A stretch of DNA of 64,000 nucleotides, from the sequence record OL451225.1. One strand, written 5' to 3'. This DNA is from Escherichia phage P896. Under the pieces are notes generated by a model, which saw only the letters and a list, made by a program, of their open reading frames with translations, ran no database searches and had not been told where the DNA came from. Within the stretch, counting starts at the first letter, position 1; each line of letters opens with the position of its first letter. A program made the position numbers and the translations under genes. This document shows positions 60,721-64,000 of the stretch, one piece after another.

Positions 60721-62005
60721 AAGCTAACTGGCTCGCTAATGAAGCTTCGGCCATATGGATGCATGGAGTATAGATGAATGCTTTGTCCACTGAAACACCC
60801 TGTGCCTTATGGATTGTACTGACCGGAAGAGCACGAACTTTCAAGAAGGTCCGGCGAGCTTTCCAGAAGTCTTTCCATTCTGGACGTTTACCAGCGGCTT
60901 TCATCTGTTTGTATGTGTCAGCAACTTTAGCCAGGTATGCCTGGAATTTTGGTTGCTGGTCTTCTGGTAAAACTTTGATGCGGTCAACCTGATATTCTTC
61001 ATCTTCATCAATTGACTCAACTTCCAGGTCCCAGTAATTAATCACCAACTGGTGCGATTCGCCTTTACAACGGAGAATTGTGGAAGTGTATTTGCAATCC
61101 TTGATGCGAACCAACTGACCATTATTAAAAATGGTTTCGCTGAATTTCTTGCCTTCAAATTCCAGCTCTTTCATGTGTGGCTCTTGCATAACCAGGACTT
61201 CATACGGTAAAAATGCTTTATCTGTTTCATAGAGCTTGCGACGAATAATATTGTTCAGTTTTTCAACTGATTTATTCGTGTACGCATACATCCTGTTTTC
61301 CATCAACATATCAGCATCTTTTACAATACCGAAATAGTTTATCATGAAATCCTTTAAAGCGGTTTGTGAGGTAAAACCCTGCACACCATGACCATCATAC
61401 ATACAGTCGCGGAACCAACCACCATTGCGAATTTCTGTCGCCACTTCAATGATAGGAGCATTGCTTCGCATGACTTCAGTCAGATGAATCTGTTTGAACT
61501 TAGGATGCGTAAAGAATGGGCTTATCTTTTGTTGTGTGCTTCCTGGGTCAACTGGCTGCAGCTGGTGCATATCACCAATCCCAAGAATAGTACACCATTC
61601 AGGAACAGAGTTAAGAATAATCTTAAACAGAGACCCGTCATACATACTCGCTTCATCACAAACCAGAACATTACATTTTGACATATCAGGCATTTCGCGC
61701 TGTTCAAAAACGTTTTGGTCTTCATATGTGGTCGGGTTAATCTTCAAGATACTATGGATTGTATTCGCTGTTTGACCAGACAATTTAGATAAAACTTTTT
61801 TCGCCTGGTGAGTTGGTGCAGCAAGCACAATTCCCATAACTCCATTACGCACTAAATGGTCAATGACAAATTTTGTCAGAGTAGTTTTACCTGTACCAGC
61901 TGGACCATTCAGAGTGATACATTCCCCTGAACGTCGCTGAATAGCTTCAGTGATATAATCAAAAGCTTCTTTTTGTCCTGTGTTCAAGTCTTCAAATTTA
62001 ATCAT
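60677..62005 (-). CDS. dda: Dda DNA helicase (SF1B)
   Basis: 442 aa (T4 is 439 aa); Walker A LNGPAGTGKTT, Walker B VLVCDEASM, SF1 motifs. Confidence 0.9.
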   Translation of the reverse strand: MIKFEDLNTGQKEAFDYITEAIQRRSGECITLNGPAGTGKTTLTKFVIDHLVRNGVMGIVLAAPTHQAKKVLSKLSGQTANTIHSILKINPTTYEDQNVFEQREMPDMSKCNVLVCDEASMYDGSLFKIILNSVPEWCTILGIGDMHQLQPVDPGSTQQKISPFFTHPKFKQIHLTEVMRSNAPIIEVATEIRNGGWFRDCMYDGHGVQGFTSQTALKDFMINYFGIVKDADMLMENRMYAYTNKSVEKLNNIIRRKLYETDKAFLPYEVLVMQEPHMKELEFEGKKFSETIFNNGQLVRIKDCKYTSTILRCKGESHQLVINYWDLEVESIDEDEEYQVDRIKVLPEDQQPKFQAYLAKVADTYKQMKAAGKRPEWKDFWKARRTFLKVRALPVSTIHKAQGVSVDKAFIYTPCIHMAEASLASQLAYVGITRARYDAYYV

Positions 62006-62301
62006 GCCAATTTTACTCGCTTAACATATAAAGTATCTAAAACTAATTTCAATTCTCGTGCGTGTTCTTCAGTAGGAAAAACAGTTTTTGTTTCCCGCTT
62101 ATCAAACCACCATTTTCTGGGAGTACACCGTGTTTCTATACGTCCCATACTTAAATATCTTTTTGTATTATATAAATAGCCAGCCATTTCATAATCTGCG
62201 ACAGCTTTTGTGGCGTATAAGGTCACCTTTCCATCATACTCCAATGGGCGTTCAAAACCATCTTTATCTTTGTGGACCAGCACATATGCGTAGTACATCA
62301 C
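62002..62301 (-). CDS. Hypothetical protein (dda.1-like position)
   Basis: 99-aa ORF. Confidence 0.5.
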   Translation of the reverse strand: MMYYAYVLVHKDKDGFERPLEYDGKVTLYATKAVADYEMAGYLYNTKRYLSMGRIETRCTPRKWWFDKRETKTVFPTEEHARELKLVLDTLYVKRVKLA

Positions 62302-62302
62302 A

Positions 62303-63046
62303 TTAACCTCTAATCAGTTTAAAAATTGACGCGTTCAAAGGTAGACCTTTTTTCAGTTTAAGGCGGTCAATGAATGACAACTTATCTAAACGCTCCAGAC
62401 CTTGAATAATTTTATCATACATATCGTAACGCGTTTCAGCGTCAGATGATTTCATTTTCAGACGCCAGTCAGGACCGCCCATAACCATTTTCAGTCCACG
62501 TTGACTAGTTCCGATGGAAGCCATTTGTCCATGGATACGAGCCTTGACTGCAATCACAGAAGGGGTGGTATCTTTAGCGCCACTTTTATAAAGCTCTTTT
62601 AAATGTTTTTGACGCTTCTTGATTCCACGTTCGGTATCTTTAATATTTTTAACAATTTTGCGAATTTTATAATAGTCAGCAGGAGTTACTTTAAAACTAT
62701 TGGGCATCTTAGAACCACCATTAATACGCACCGCCAAACGAGTCTGTGCACGTTTAAGTTCATCAAGAGATAAATCAGCACGTAAACCGTTGTACTTAGT
62801 TTTGACAGGGATAACATTGCCTTCAATATAACCTATATCATTGTTAAAGCGTTCAAAGGAAACTTTATCTTGAGTTGAATTTTCATCAAAACGTTCACCA
62901 GAATACGCACAGAATTCTTGTTTCAAAAGATTGGCGATATACTTACTAGACAGATTGAAATCCTTGTTACGACGTTTTGCAGACGTTTTGGTATGCTCGC
63001 GACGTTTGTAAACTTTTAATTCAAACTCTTCTTTTGACATATTCAT
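62303..63046 (-). CDS. srd: Srd-like protein (tentative)
   Basis: 247 aa, the size of T4 Srd, at the T4 position between dda.1 and modA; basic; identity not verified. Confidence 0.4.
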   Translation of the reverse strand: MNMSKEEFELKVYKRREHTKTSAKRRNKDFNLSSKYIANLLKQEFCAYSGERFDENSTQDKVSFERFNNDIGYIEGNVIPVKTKYNGLRADLSLDELKRAQTRLAVRINGGSKMPNSFKVTPADYYKIRKIVKNIKDTERGIKKRQKHLKELYKSGAKDTTPSVIAVKARIHGQMASIGTSQRGLKMVMGGPDWRLKMKSSDAETRYDMYDKIIQGLERLDKLSFIDRLKLKKGLPLNASIFKLIRG

Positions 63047-63092
63047 GATATTTTTCTCATCTTACGGACGATTGAAAACTCAGTATGGATTC

Positions 63093-63124
63093 ATTATACA
63101 CTATTCATCTTTTATGTACACTAC
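63093..63124 (-). promoter_or_regulatory. T4 early-type promoter
   Basis: Minus strand AAAAAGTAGTGTACATAA-N16-TATAATGAATCCATACTGAG. Confidence 0.5.
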
Positions 63125-63202
63125 TTTTTAGCCTTTAACGCTTTTATTTTTACTGTGTATAATGGTTCTAAGGTCTTTGGCCTTTTGTTAACCCAGAATA
63201 CT

Positions 63203-63817
63203 TCAGTAAGAAAGAACGGAAAGATTCCATAATTTATAGTCTTCCCATCTATAAATGCTCTCAATAGAGTCCACGCGTAGCGTAGTTCCCGCAGGGAACA
63301 TCATCTCATCTTCATCATTTACTAATTGTAAGTTTGAAGAACGAGTTATTTCAGGATATAGTCCGTTGAACTCTTCAGGAGGTGCCGCACAAATCATTTT
63401 AAAAATCGCTTCCTGATAATCAAATGCGAATGGTGCATCATTAATACAGAAAATATTTTTGGTTCCATAGAAGCTAAAGGAAGCAAAGTTACGCGCAACA
63501 CTGAAATCTTTGGAGAAACTCATTACACGGTCAAACTCAATCGTAGCACCAACACATCCTACGGTTTCAAGATATGCCAAAGTTTTCTTAGAAATCCCGC
63601 GATATAACTTACCAGGCACAACAGAAGTCAAATTCTTACGAATAATTTTGTTCAAAGTTTCCTGGATAGTGTCTGGCTTATTTTCCATGCACTGCCAGAG
63701 TGTACTCTGTTCCAACTCAGAGTAAATTTCATCAATTTCAATCTGGGTATTTTCGCGAAAATATTCACATTTAACTGCATTGATGTACTCTGCTAATTGG
63801 TGACTTGCGTACAGCAT
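63203..63817 (-). CDS. modA: ModA/ModB-family mono-ADP-ribosyltransferase
   Basis: About 204 aa from the internal ATG with GAGGA Shine-Dalgarno; ART motifs (LYRGIS, MSFSKDF, DEDEMMFPAGTTL); T4 position after srd. Confidence 0.65.
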   Translation of the reverse strand: MLYASHQLAEYINAVKCEYFRENTQIEIDEIYSELEQSTLWQCMENKPDTIQETLNKIIRKNLTSVVPGKLYRGISKKTLAYLETVGCVGATIEFDRVMSFSKDFSVARNFASFSFYGTKNIFCINDAPFAFDYQEAIFKMICAAPPEEFNGLYPEITRSSNLQLVNDEDEMMFPAGTTLRVDSIESIYRWEDYKLWNLSVLSY

Positions 63818-63848
63818 TTTATTATCCTCATCAGTAGTTGATAGGAAC

Positions 63849-63880
63849 ATCTTAACATGTCTTATTGTGCTTGTACACAG
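63849..63880 (-). promoter_or_regulatory. Early-type promoter variant (TGTACA -35, TAAGAT -10)
   Basis: Minus strand GTGTACAAGCACAATAAGACATGTTAAGATG. Confidence 0.35.
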
Positions 63881-64000
63881 TCAAGAACATAATAATCACC
63901 AACAAATCCAGCATCAACTATCACGAATTTCTGGTCAACTGGAACAAACCATTCAAGCTCAGAATCAATCATGTCCATGTATTCTTCACGTCTTAACGTT
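63862..64000 (-). CDS. C-terminal part of a gene truncated by the window end (possibly a second Mod-family protein)
   Basis: Open frame to the window edge, ending ...EWFVPVDQKFVIVDAGFVGDYYVLDCVQAQ; position matches T4 modB. Confidence 0.3.
   Translation of the reverse strand, partial: TLRREEYMDMIDSELEWFVPVDQKFVIVDAGFVGDYYVLDCVQAQ

Overview
This window is a densely packed segment of a T4-like (T-even, Tevenvirinae-type) phage genome, read by eye from the sequence and the ORF track; no database search was run. A late-gene block sits on the + strand at each end of a long minus-strand early/middle block: the baseplate genes 29(C-terminal part)-48-54 at 1-3195, and the long tail fiber genes 34-35-36-37-38 plus holin t at 32609-42797. 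The minus-strand genes keep T4 synteny: alt, DNA ligase 30, rIII, 31, cd, pseT, spanins, rnlA, denA, nrdB, nrdA, td, frd, 32, 59, 33, dsbA, rnh, then asiA, motA-like, 52, stp, ndd, rIIB, rIIA, 39, dexA, dda, srd-like and modA-like. Differences from canonical T4 that I can see are: two tandem Alt-family ADP-ribosyltransferase genes, a free-standing GIY-YIG homing endonuclease next to pseT with a hairpin-embedded late promoter, uninterrupted td and nrdB, a single 610-aa gene-39 topoisomerase ORF with no separate gene 60 or mobA, and several tandem small-gene duplications. Recurrent promoter-leader cassettes and UUCG-tetraloop terminators punctuate the minus-strand block. I found no tRNA, rRNA or CRISPR array. 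I could not pin down one single undescribed system; the strongest candidates are listed as findings. Gene names follow T4 nomenclature and rest on recalled similarity and synteny.
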